This document shows, piece after piece, positions 1-7,390 of a DNA stretch of 64,000 nucleotides. The stretch spans positions 1-64,000 of the IMG/VR virus record IMGVR_UViG_3300050015_000167; one strand, written 5' to 3'. The position numbers and the translations under genes were made by a program. The number at the start of each line of letters is the position of its first letter. Position 1 is the first letter of the stretch. Source of the DNA: a virus. Below the pieces are notes generated by a model, which saw nothing but the letters and a program-made list of their open reading frames with translations, was not told the DNA's origin and did no database searches.

Positions 1-417
1 CTCCTTAAAAACATTGGAGTATCCGACCACTCCGAAGTCATTGATGCTCTCCAAGTACTCCGGTGTAATGGAGTGGAAGACACCCTCTGGTTGCTCCGGA
101 GTACCGCATGTTTTGAAGACACGGCTCAGGCATGGGCGGAGTACAATAAGGTGAAGGCTCCGGCATGGGCGGAGTACAATAAGGTGAAGGCTCCGGCATG
201 GGCGGAGTACAATAAGGTGACGGCTCAGGCATGGGCGGAGTACGATAAGGTGACGGCTCAGGCACGGGCGGAGTACGATAAGGTGAAGGCTCAGGCACTG
301 GCGGAGTACGATAAGGTGAAGGCTCAGGCACTGGCGGAGTACGATAAGGTGAAGGCTCAGGCATGGGCGGAGTACAATAAGGTGAAGGCTCCGGCATTAG
401 AAAATATACTTTCGTAA
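1..417 (+). CDS. 3' part of a gene entering from the left edge; C-terminus made of eight 11-aa repeats AEY[ND]KV[KT]A[PQ]A[WLR]
   Basis: Frame 1 is open from base 1 to TAA 415-417. The 33-bp repeat is in frame. The next promoter begins at 422. Confidence 0.6.
   Translation, partial: LLKNIGVSDHSEVIDALQVLRCNGVEDTLWLLRSTACFEDTAQAWAEYNKVKAPAWAEYNKVKAPAWAEYNKVTAQAWAEYDKVTAQARAEYDKVKAQALAEYDKVKAQALAEYDKVKAQAWAEYNKVKAPALENILS
121..399. repeat. 33-bp tandem repeat, about 8.5 near-identical copies
   Basis: Unit GCGGAGTACAATAAGGTGAAGGCTCCGGCATGG (few variable positions) starts at 136, 169, 202, 235, 268, 301, 334 and 367. Confidence 0.9.
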
Positions 418-421
418 GTAT

Positions 422-456
422 TTGACATCCATCGCAGAATGTGAGATACTTGAAAT
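422..456 (+). promoter_or_regulatory. sigma70-like promoter abutting the start codon
   Basis: TTGACA 422-427; 17 bp; TGaGATACT (-10 at 445-450); 6 nt; ATG 457. Confidence 0.65.
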
Positions 457-885
457 ATGAAGACACAAGACGAACTACTCCTTGACTTAGTACGAAGCCT
501 CCCTGAACTAGTCCTAACTGGCAGCCGGTACTTCGGTACGGCCCGCCGAGATTCGGACTGGGACTTCATGTTGCCCGCTGGTCTGGAATACATGCTGCCG
601 GAATCGTTTTTCCTGAAGTCCGAGAATCGTGGTCACTACAACGATCCGTGCGTGGAACAAGTGTGGGAATCGTATGCGTTGAATGTCCATGTGCAAGTCG
701 TCACCGACATGGAAACCAAGATTGCCGCTCAGAAGATCATCCGTGACGCCGGCGCCCTTGTTGGTTTGGGAAAGGAACAGCAGAAGGCAGTCTGGACGGC
801 AGTTGTCAACGCCCTCCTAATTCGTCGGTGGCGGCCGGCCGATCTCTCAGCGGATACGTCTATTAGTTTTGGAAGTTCTTCCTAA
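457..885 (+). CDS. pol-beta-fold (minimal) nucleotidyltransferase-like protein
   Basis: TGSRYFGTARRDSDWDF gives GS-x10-DxD, the G[SG]...[DE]x[DE] signature of MNT-type nucleotidyltransferases. 142 aa, preceded by a promoter. Confidence 0.55.
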   Translation: MKTQDELLLDLVRSLPELVLTGSRYFGTARRDSDWDFMLPAGLEYMLPESFFLKSENRGHYNDPCVEQVWESYALNVHVQVVTDMETKIAAQKIIRDAGALVGLGKEQQKAVWTAVVNALLIRRWRPADLSADTSISFGSSS

Positions 886-985
886 TGTGCCCGAGTAACA
901 CTTGGGGAGAAACTCACCTTCCAAATACCCCGGCGTTAGTAGCGGACCACCCGCGAAACCGCCGGGTTTCTTTAGGCCCAAACTT

Positions 986-1042
986 TCGTTATGATAACAG
1001 AAACCACTTGACAACCATGTTAGTAACTGTTACACTTTAAAT
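986..1042 (+). promoter_or_regulatory. early promoter cassette (palindrome + sigma70-like promoter, leaderless geometry)
   Basis: CGTTATGATAACAG 987-1000; TTGACA 1008-1013; 17 bp; TACACT 1031-1036; 6 nt; ATG 1043. Confidence 0.65.
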
Positions 1043-1225
1043 ATGAATGAAACCGTGAAACCGTATCGTGATATGCCGGCCACATGGAACGCACGCAAAA
1101 AGTTGGTTCTTCTTCCTCCTGATTTGACCGAGGAATTCTGGCACGGTGGAGGACACAATTGTTCTGGAGTAGAAGGACCCTCAATGCGTAAATGGGCAAT
1201 TGAAACGTTCAAGTATTGGTTTTAG
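1043..1225 (+). CDS. hypothetical small early protein (60 aa)
   Basis: ORF starts exactly 6 nt after the -10 box. Confidence 0.5.
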   Translation: MNETVKPYRDMPATWNARKKLVLLPPDLTEEFWHGGGHNCSGVEGPSMRKWAIETFKYWF

Positions 1226-1264
1226 ATTGTTTCCTTTTAGATTCTTCAGAGCGTGCATTCCTGC

Positions 1265-1294
1265 TTGACTTTCAATAAACTAAAATGTTATACT
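1265..1294 (+). promoter_or_regulatory. sigma70-like promoter (leadered)
   Basis: TTGACT 1265-1270; 18 bp; TATACT 1289-1294; AGAGGTG precedes ATG 1314. Confidence 0.45.
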
Positions 1295-1313
1295 TGTATT
1301 AGAGGTGAATTGT

Positions 1314-1475
1314 ATGGCGATGACGGTTTCTGTATCAGTGGCCCAAGGCATTCAATACATTATAGGACAATCACTTATGGTAGGTGGCCAATGGCTCAAA
1401 ATTTGTGGTAAATTTCCAATAATGGATGAAACTGGGAAAGTTACCCATTATAACATTTTAGTGGAAAAGAGGTAA
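1314..1475 (+). CDS. hypothetical small protein (53 aa, below ORF-track cutoff)
   Basis: ATG 1314 with AGAGGTG Shine-Dalgarno; TAA 1473-1475; hand translation. Confidence 0.3.
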   Translation: MAMTVSVSVAQGIQYIIGQSLMVGGQWLKICGKFPIMDETGKVTHYNILVEKR

Positions 1476-1776
1476 TCATAGTGGGGTGGTCTGGATACAA
1501 AGAATATGTAAAAGAGGATGTTACTCTTGCCATTTTCTATGACGCGGGTCTAAAACGTTGGTATGCTTTCCGACCCGGAACAAATGATGCGGCAATATAT
1601 TTCCGTAGATGGTAATATATTCTTTTCGATATAGGTCCTACATGGTTCAAAACTTATGAGGATGCCAAATTGGAAGTAACCGCAAGAGGTTTCAAAGTAT
1701 TCTTTCCTAATATGATAAAGGAAATTATACCAGGGGAAGAACCTTGGTAACGGATGTAATAAAAAAAGGAAAATAA

Positions 1777-1953
1777 ATGATAAACGTTATATTGGTTGTT
1801 GCTTGGATTCTTGTAGTAACAATGGCGCTGACTTTCTGGATATCTCCAAAAGGATGCCGTTATCTTTCTCTTCGGTTATTTGCTCGTGCGGAGCAACTTG
1901 AAATTGGACGCAAAACGTATCATGATACAATTGCCTCCAATATGTATTTGTAG
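1777..1953 (+). CDS. hypothetical small membrane protein (58 aa)
   Basis: AAAGGA before ATG 1777; hydrophobic N-terminus MINVILVVAWILVVTMALTFWI; TAG 1951-1953. Confidence 0.35.
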   Translation: MINVILVVAWILVVTMALTFWISPKGCRYLSLRLFARAEQLEIGRKTYHDTIASNMYL

Positions 1954-1976
1954 AATCAGTTTTGGAGGTAGACTAA

Positions 1977-2186
1977 ATGCCATTCTGGGATGATGATTAC
2001 CCCGATTATGACCGTACTCCAGATGAATCTGAATTCCGTGATCCCGGGGGAAATTCTGCTCTACGTGCCGGTAAACGGACTAAACCGTGCCCTACATGTG
2101 GCAGAAAGAATGCTTTGACCGTAAAGGACGTTCAATTGGGTTATCAATGTGATCCGTGCGCGAATCGCGCCGAAAGAGGATTTTAA
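1977..2186 (+). CDS. small zinc-ribbon protein
   Basis: CPTC...CDPC pair of CxxC motifs; GGAGG before ATG 1977. Confidence 0.55.
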   Translation: MPFWDDDYPDYDRTPDESEFRDPGGNSALRAGKRTKPCPTCGRKNALTVKDVQLGYQCDPCANRAERGF

Positions 2187-2323
2187 TGGACAAAGCGCAT
2201 CTAGTTATGGAGAAGTATTTCGATACGGACGTGACCGATTACGAGTCGGCCATGGACGTATTTCTGGACAACGACGTTGATCCGGAGATTGCTCGTTTCA
2301 TCGCCAGCACGATGTTCCCATAA
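2186..2323 (+). CDS. hypothetical small acidic protein (45 aa)
   Basis: ATG overlaps the upstream TAA (TAATG). Followed by hairpin GAGGGC-AAAA-GCCCTC. Confidence 0.35.
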   Translation: MDKAHLVMEKYFDTDVTDYESAMDVFLDNDVDPEIARFIASTMFP

Positions 2324-2350
2324 GGAAGAGGGCAAAAGCCCTCAAGCATG

Positions 2351-2430
2351 TGTTATGATAACAAGAAGCTTACGTTATGATAACAAGAAACCAGTTGACA
2401 TCCATACCCGGCGCGTGCTATAATCTTAAT
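2351..2430 (+). promoter_or_regulatory. early promoter cassette with two palindromes
   Basis: TGTTATGATAACA 2351-2363 and CGTTATGATAACA 2373-2385; TTGACA 2395-2400; 18 bp; TATAAT 2419-2424; 6 nt; ATG 2431. Confidence 0.7.
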
Positions 2431-2685
2431 ATGATTACAATGGCTTTGAATGAAAACGAAGTAGCGTTGTTCCGATTCGCGTTTCAGAAGTGGGCAAAGA
2501 TTCCCGACTCCGATCCATACAAGTACTCAATTGCCGTGTACCTGACCAAGAATGAAATCCGCCTTTTGAGGCACGGATTAGATTTATGGATGGATGAGGA
2601 TTCATCTATTTTTCCTTCTCCAGAAACAAATGCGGGAACAGCATTATTCCACGCTATGATGGAATTTGAGGAATGCGAAGAATAG
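2431..2685 (+). CDS. hypothetical early protein (84 aa)
   Basis: ORF track gives 2377..2685, but 2377-2430 is the palindrome/promoter. ATG 2431 lies 6 nt after TATAAT. Confidence 0.55.
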   Translation: MITMALNENEVALFRFAFQKWAKIPDSDPYKYSIAVYLTKNEIRLLRHGLDLWMDEDSSIFPSPETNAGTALFHAMMEFEECEE

Positions 2686-2810
2686 AAACCATTTTCCTCA
2701 CCGCTGTAATGTTGATGGTGGCGATATTATTTTCCTATATCGTCACCCAAGCATTGATAGATATATTTTGGATTTTGTGGTATTGTTATCCTTTTGGTTT
2801 CTAAAGCCTC

Positions 2811-2823
2811 TGTTATCATAACG
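2811..2823. promoter_or_regulatory. solitary copy of the palindrome
   Basis: TGTTATCATAACG, about 125 bp upstream of the next -35 box. Confidence 0.5.
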
Positions 2824-2946
2824 TTAGTTTCCCCTACTTTAGCGTTACAGTTTGCGTTGTATTTTGGCCCATGCTGTAGTATCAGACTGTATGGACAAAT
2901 CGAACCTAGAGCATTGTAGCGCGATAAAATAAATGTAATTCGACTA

Positions 2947-2980
2947 TTGACAAGCATATATAGGTTTGATATTATAGATC
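2947..2980 (+). promoter_or_regulatory. sigma70-like promoter, leaderless geometry
   Basis: TTGACA 2947-2952; 17 bp; TATTAT 2970-2975; 5 nt; ATG 2981. Confidence 0.65.
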
Positions 2981-3283
2981 ATGAGCGAATTAAGAAACAA
3001 CACTGTTTCCACCGATAAATTCGATTACGCAAATCGAGTTTATTCCGCTGAAATTTCCGATTTAGGACAATCGTTCCGATTCACCCAAATTTACACGGAT
3101 GCAGCGGATCGTGGTTTCACCCTTCAATCCCGAACAGGGAAAGTTGCCAATTTCTTTGTAGCGCACCGGCACGAAGATGGTGAAGGTGATACTACTCATT
3201 GGACTTTATTGCCGACGCCAGAGGCGATCCGACAAAATCCTAACCTTCATGATGTCCATATAGTGCTGTTCAACCATGATTAG
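2981..3283 (+). CDS. hypothetical early protein (100 aa)
   Basis: ORF begins 5 nt after the -10 box. Confidence 0.6.
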   Translation: MSELRNNTVSTDKFDYANRVYSAEISDLGQSFRFTQIYTDAADRGFTLQSRTGKVANFFVAHRHEDGEGDTTHWTLLPTPEAIRQNPNLHDVHIVLFNHD

Positions 3284-3293
3284 GAGTTATCCA

Positions 3294-3527
3294 ATGTACG
3301 ATGGCTACGATGATTACGAATTAGATTCCAGAGAGGCGTTCTATGAACAGGATGACCTCGAAACCTTCAACCAGAATGAAGCGGATGATTACCGCAATGA
3401 GGGATCAGATGACAGTGACCTGGATTACGATCTTGATGCGGATTTGGACTTCTTGGACGAATTAGAAGACTTCCTTTATCACCGAGATGAAGCCACACGG
3501 CTCGGTGATGATATTTCCTATCAGTAA
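3294..3527 (+). CDS. extremely acidic small protein (Asp/Glu/Tyr-rich)
   Basis: AGGAG 3281-3285 then ATG 3294 (ORF track start 3276). Sequence MYDGYDDYELD...DSDLDYDLDADLDFLDELEDF. Confidence 0.6.
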   Translation: MYDGYDDYELDSREAFYEQDDLETFNQNEADDYRNEGSDDSDLDYDLDADLDFLDELEDFLYHRDEATRLGDDISYQ

Positions 3528-3620
3528 CCAACAAATTGGTCGAGACTCACGCTAATCGGTAAAACCTGGTAGTAGAATGGTTAGACAATAAGCCAGGTAG
3601 CTTCAATCACAAGGAATTCT

Positions 3621-3645
3621 CCGGCGACAGATGTTCGCCGGGTTT
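3621..3645 (+). terminator. hairpin with short T tract
   Basis: CCGGCGA-7 nt-TCGCCGG followed by GTTTCC. Confidence 0.5.
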
Positions 3646-3662
3646 CCTTGGCCTCAAGGTCT

Positions 3663-3720
3663 CGTTATCATAACAAATTCTTGCTTGACAGGATACAGTT
3701 ATTTGTGTTATGATTTAATC
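3663..3720 (+). promoter_or_regulatory. early promoter cassette
   Basis: CGTTATCATAACA 3663-3675; TTGACA 3685-3690; TATGAT 3709-3714; 6 nt; ATG 3721. Confidence 0.65.
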
Positions 3721-4047
3721 ATGATGAAACGTGATCCGAAACACCAGAAGAGATTCGAGAAACTGGCTTCTCTTCTCCTTTTGACCGTAGAGGAAGCCGA
3801 TGAATTGTGCCGGGCCGCCTCTTCCACATGGGAATACATCGCATACGATTGCCTCGCTGCCGATCCTGGTCGTGACATGAAAGCGGATGAAGTGATCGAA
3901 GTAGTCCTGGATGCGAACCATATTACTTCGAATACTCGCAATCTTTCCCCCAAAGTCCGCACACTGTTGGATTCGTACACGATGTCACCGACCATCCAGA
4001 AACTCCTCAAGGAATTCGTGTTCGTGTATAAGTCTTACGGAATGTAA
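3721..4047 (+). CDS. hypothetical early protein (108 aa)
   Basis: ORF track 3631..4047 runs through the promoter. ATG 3721 is 6 nt after the -10 box. Confidence 0.6.
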   Translation: MMKRDPKHQKRFEKLASLLLLTVEEADELCRAASSTWEYIAYDCLAADPGRDMKADEVIEVVLDANHITSNTRNLSPKVRTLLDSYTMSPTIQKLLKEFVFVYKSYGM

Positions 4048-4059
4048 AAGGAAACCAAA

Positions 4060-4437
4060 ATGATGAAACGTCAAGAGTTTACCGTGTCCTTTAAAATCGT
4101 GTCGTTCCTTTCCGAAAAAGATGTAATAGAATCCGTTAAAGCCCTTTTGGCTCTTACATCTCCAAATATGTTTTATTTGACCAAGAAGGAAACCGAATCC
4201 ATTACCATTTACAAATTGGAAGAAACCAAAAATTCATTCGTTTCCGAATTCGTCCTGAAAGCCATCTTCGATGACTATTCCGAGTATTGGGATGAATGTA
4301 ATGGAAGTTGGTCTCTCTATCTCGATACTGCCACAAGATATGTCACCGAGGAAGACGCACGGAACGTCCTTTTGCCAGTTACGGCAGTAATGGACGTTTT
4401 CCAAAACAAAGGCGTTATCACAATCAGGGAAGTTTAG
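4060..4437 (+). CDS. hypothetical protein (125 aa)
   Basis: AAAGGAAA before ATG; noticeably more AT-rich than its neighbours. Confidence 0.6.
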   Translation: MMKRQEFTVSFKIVSFLSEKDVIESVKALLALTSPNMFYLTKKETESITIYKLEETKNSFVSEFVLKAIFDDYSEYWDECNGSWSLYLDTATRYVTEEDARNVLLPVTAVMDVFQNKGVITIREV

Positions 4438-4444
4438 TCTCCCC

Positions 4445-4618
4445 ATGTATAAACTCACAGTAGAATACCAACCACATTTTGATCATTACCGTATTACTGT
4501 CAAACATAAGGGAAAGTACCGGATTGAGACTATTTGGGAACATTTTGCTATCAAAGAATTTGTTGCCGTTACCATCACCAATGCCACCTCTTGGATGATT
4601 AAACACGGCGGGTTCTAA
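4445..4618 (+). CDS. hypothetical small protein (57 aa)
   Basis: Hand translation MYKLTVEYQPHFDHYRITVKHKGKYRIE...; TAA 4616-4618. Confidence 0.4.
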   Translation: MYKLTVEYQPHFDHYRITVKHKGKYRIETIWEHFAIKEFVAVTITNATSWMIKHGGF

Positions 4619-5182
4619 TAGCACAATCCAACCGATCTATTAACACACCTCCTATTCATTATGAAACCAAAAATATTGTTTATTATCACCATTTCCATAT
4701 TGTTGAGTTTCATTCTGATATATGGTGTGCTTTGGATCCTTTGTTTCATTCTTTCAGAAATTTTATGAGATTCCCTTTACTCCTTTCATGTGCTATTTTA
4801 ATCGGTAAATTGGTCGGAGAAGGTATATTCCTGCTTCTCTTGAAAATATTCTGAAGGAATCCATTTTCCATAGCCATATTATTGTGGCGAGATATACTTA
4901 AGTGGCTGCTAAAGTAACAAAAAGAGGAAATAAAGGGAAAAGAATATATCGTGCCGAGAGGTAAGGAGTATCCACATGGTTGCTCCAATAATAGGGATGA
5001 AATGAGGATGAGGACCATTAGTGACCTCTTAAGTCCTTTGAGTCCATTGGAGTCCCTTTGGTTCCGTTGTCAGTCGACCCAGCACCCCAAAACTCCAGCG
5101 GTCCCAGTGGTCCCAGAGGACCTCTGTGGTTCCCAGTCCCTCTGTGTCCATTGTCCCTCTCCGGTTTTCTCCTCACAAGCTT

Positions 5183-5302
5183 CTGTTATCATAACGGACC
5201 CTTCCAGTCCACCAAGGTCCCGTTATCATAACGCCCTCTTGCCAATAATTCCCAAAAAACTTTGATATTCCGCTTGACAGTAGCCCCGGGGACTGCTATA
5301 TT
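5183..5302 (+). promoter_or_regulatory. two palindromes plus sigma70-like promoter (leadered)
   Basis: CTGTTATCATAACGG 5183-5197; CGTTATCATAACG 5221-5233; TTGACA 5274-5279; 17 bp; TATATT 5297-5302; 49-nt leader with AAGGAG before ATG 5352. Confidence 0.6.
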
Positions 5303-5351
5303 AGAAGAGTAGACAGAAACACACACTCGCAGAAAACGAAGGAGATACATT

Positions 5352-5777
5352 ATGAGTTTCAAACGAATCGAAGGCGTGCTGCCCAACGGCAACCCCAAGA
5401 CCCTTTTCCGCGCTATTGCGCTTAATACTCAACAGTTTGCCCTCGTCCAGAGCATCATTGCTTTCCACAATGGCGAGACCAAGCTCACCCGGAAACAGAT
5501 CCTCGCTTGCAACGAGACGTTGCGCCCCGGGAAAGCATACATGCCGTACTTCATTTCCAAGAACGTCGCGTGCCGCAGGGCCGGCGATGCGTTCGGGATC
5601 TATAACTTGTCCGGTCTGAAAGCTGCGTCCGGAAAGTCCGTCGCCGCTCCGACCCCCAAGAAGGAAAAGAAGGCGAAGGCTAAGAAGGAAGCGAAGGCTA
5701 AGCGTGGACAGCCGGCTGTGGAAACGCCGGCCGTCGAAGTGAGCACGGAAGTCGCCGTGGTCCCCGAAGTCGCATAA
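5352..5777 (+). CDS. protein with globular N-domain and Lys/Ala/Pro-rich basic tail; paralog of 9766..10221
   Basis: Tail is PKKEKKAKAKKEAKAKRGQP. Strong SD. Shares MSFKR.EG...LFRAI and LRPGKAYMPYFISKNVAC with 9766. Confidence 0.7.
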   Translation: MSFKRIEGVLPNGNPKTLFRAIALNTQQFALVQSIIAFHNGETKLTRKQILACNETLRPGKAYMPYFISKNVACRRAGDAFGIYNLSGLKAASGKSVAAPTPKKEKKAKAKKEAKAKRGQPAVETPAVEVSTEVAVVPEVA

Positions 5778-5797
5778 CCACCCAGTATATCACCAAA

Positions 5798-5826
5798 CGG
5801 AAAGGGTATCAAGCCCTTTCCGTTTT
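5798..5826 (+). terminator. rho-independent terminator
   Basis: CGGAAAGGG-7 nt-CCCTTTCCG followed by TTTT. Confidence 0.7.
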
Positions 5827-5843
5827 CCTTTTGGGGCAAGAAC

Positions 5844-5913
5844 CTGTTATCATAACAGGACCTTGACGATAAAACCACTTGACAATGTATTCAGAATGTG
5901 AGATACTGTGAAT
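5844..5913 (+). promoter_or_regulatory. early promoter cassette
   Basis: CTGTTATCATAACAG 5844-5858; TTGACA 5879-5884; 17 bp; TGaGATACT (-10 at 5902-5907); 6 nt; ATG 5914. Confidence 0.7.
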
Positions 5914-6150
5914 ATGAAACAGATCAGTATTCTCGAAGCCCAAGAGATCACCGCGGCCGCTGGCGCTGCCATTGCCGGCCTTCTGAAGACCTACGGTGTT
6001 ACCGTGAATGGTAAACTCGTGCCGCCCGGGCCGACGGTGCGTGGCTATGTGGCTTGGAATAAAAAGCTCAAGGCCGTATACAACCCGGCCATTACATGGC
6101 GTCCGGATGCGTTCTTGGGGGAAACCCAACAGTATGCCCTGGTGAGCTAG
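5914..6150 (+). CDS. hypothetical early protein (78 aa)
   Basis: ORF track starts at GTG 5908, inside the gap after the -10 box. ATG 5914 fits the 6-nt rule. Confidence 0.6.
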   Translation: MKQISILEAQEITAAAGAAIAGLLKTYGVTVNGKLVPPGPTVRGYVAWNKKLKAVYNPAITWRPDAFLGETQQYALVS

Positions 6151-6153
6151 GGA

Positions 6154-6232
6154 GAGGGCTTCGGCCCTCAAGGTCCTGTTATCATAACAGAATTATCTTG
6201 ACATCCATTGGTGTGCGTGCTACTATATGAAT
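6154..6232 (+). promoter_or_regulatory. hairpin + palindrome + promoter cassette
   Basis: GAGGGC-TTCG-GCCCTC 6154-6169; CTGTTATCATAACAG 6176-6190; TTGACA 6198-6203; 17 bp; TACTAT 6221-6226; ATG 6233. Confidence 0.7.
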
Positions 6233-6562
6233 ATGAAATTGATTATCAACGTAGCAAACGAGCGGTACGCCAACGTAGAGGTATCCGGTTTCAAGTTCGA
6301 GGTTGAACTCGAAAACGTACCGGAAGACCGCCAGTGGAAGATTGAGGAGCTCCGTGGGGAGCGCGACCGCCTACAGGTCGACTTCAATAACGTGGCTGAC
6401 CAGTTGAGCCAGGCACTCGCAACGATCCGCACCCAACGTACGGAAGCGGCGCCTGTCCGCAACAAAATCAACGCCATCAAGAAGGTCCGCGAACTGACCA
6501 ACATGGGCCTCAAGGAAGCCGTGGACCTCACCGATGCCATGGTTGTGGCGTTAAACCAGTAA
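6233..6562 (+). CDS. early protein with ribosomal L7/L12 C-terminal-domain-like segment
   Basis: INAIKKVRELTNMGLKEAVDLTDA resembles the IK.VR..TGLGLKEAKDLV segment of L7/L12. ORF track start 6227 abuts the -10 box. Confidence 0.55.
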   Translation: MKLIINVANERYANVEVSGFKFEVELENVPEDRQWKIEELRGERDRLQVDFNNVADQLSQALATIRTQRTEAAPVRNKINAIKKVRELTNMGLKEAVDLTDAMVVALNQ

Positions 6563-6589
6563 CCAACAAGACCGGAACCAGTCCGGTTA

Positions 6590-6616
6590 CCGGAGGGGAC
6601 AGCAACCCTCCGGTTT
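6590..6616 (+). terminator. rho-independent terminator
   Basis: CCGGAGGG-8 nt-CCCTCCGG followed by TTT; a second small hairpin at 6571-6587. Confidence 0.65.
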
Positions 6617-6632
6617 CCAAGGCCTCAAGGTC

Positions 6633-6689
6633 CTGTTATCATAACAGAAACCACTTGACACCAGGCCATTGGTGTGTTAGTATTAGATT
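6633..6689 (+). promoter_or_regulatory. early promoter cassette
   Basis: CTGTTATCATAACAG 6633-6647; TTGACA 6655-6660; 17 bp; TAGTAT 6678-6683; 6 nt; ATG 6690. Confidence 0.7.
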
Positions 6690-7274
6690 ATGAAACGCAT
6701 TACACTGTTGGCTTTGATGATTGCCTCTGCCTGCTACGGCCAGAGGGTTCAAACAATGGCAGGGAATCTGCCACGTGACCTCCTGGGACCTGTTGATATG
6801 CGGGACACCCGAACGGTTTGCAACGGACCGTGCATTTGGGGAAATGCGGACAGCGTTTTAATGCCGATCACCTTTTCCCCACCGGCCGGCTTCCGTGTGA
6901 AGATCTTGAGCCTCCGCGGCGATATGGTATCGTGGATCAAAAGCCTTCCGGGTGACAAAGCCACTCCGTTGGAGAGCATGGCCGGGACTTTGATGGGCTT
7001 CGAGGAAAACGATACCCAGACGGACCTGGCATGCACCTACTGTGCAATGCGTACCCCACTGTATATCCAAGACAGTGTGGGAGAAAAGTCTCCCAATCAC
7101 CGCGCCGACTTCAATTACGATGGTGTGGACCTGGTGCTGCCGGCCGATAACACCCTCAACCTCAAGATTGCGGCCTGGCTCAATACGACCGGAAAGCCAA
7201 TTCACATTGAAGCCACATACGTAATCAAGTTCCAATTCGTTCGAATCCGTGACAACGAAGAGGAGGCCAAGTAA
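6690..7274 (+). CDS. exported protein (194 aa) with Sec-type signal peptide
   Basis: N-terminus MKRITLLALMIASACYGQ; several Cys in the mature part. Confidence 0.65.
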   Translation: MKRITLLALMIASACYGQRVQTMAGNLPRDLLGPVDMRDTRTVCNGPCIWGNADSVLMPITFSPPAGFRVKILSLRGDMVSWIKSLPGDKATPLESMAGTLMGFEENDTQTDLACTYCAMRTPLYIQDSVGEKSPNHRADFNYDGVDLVLPADNTLNLKIAAWLNTTGKPIHIEATYVIKFQFVRIRDNEEEAK

Positions 7275-7390
7275 TGTTGTATCTCATCATCGCCGGTATA
7301 TGGATTATATTGTGTTGCCTTTCGGCGCTCTGGTTTTATTGTGCCAAGGCACAGGAACGGAGGCTCCGCAATATGCGGAAGGGGAGATAA
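7274..7390 (+). CDS. small single-pass membrane peptide (38 aa)
   Basis: TAATG overlap with the upstream gene; MLYLIIAGIWIILCCLSALWFYC then basic tail. Confidence 0.35.
   Translation: MLYLIIAGIWIILCCLSALWFYCAKAQERRLRNMRKGR

Noticed and set aside
121-399. Tandem repeats here and at 41117-41820 considered as CRISPR arrays
   Set aside because: There are no unique spacers between repeats. The units are contiguous, in frame and translate into protein repeats, and no cas genes are present.
38-466. Minus-strand ORF with PEPSPY(R/C)TPP(V/M) repeats
   Set aside because: It is the antisense shadow of the 33-bp tandem repeat. The plus-strand frame is open to the window edge and is followed by a promoter, and the minus ORF would run through that promoter.
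4746-5185. Minus-strand pair: a GTG-started 56-aa ORF with GPLGPLGPL (about 5017-5185) TAATG-coupled to ORF 4746..5018; also plus-strand ORF 4951..5265
   Set aside because: The coding strand cannot be decided by eye. There is no convincing promoter or SD on either strand, the sequence is low-complexity and composition changes mid-way. Left unannotated.
7239-7248. GTTCGAATCC, a tRNA T-arm-like string
   Set aside because: It lies inside the coding frame of 6690..7274, and the flanks do not form acceptor or anticodon stems. I saw no tRNA in the window.
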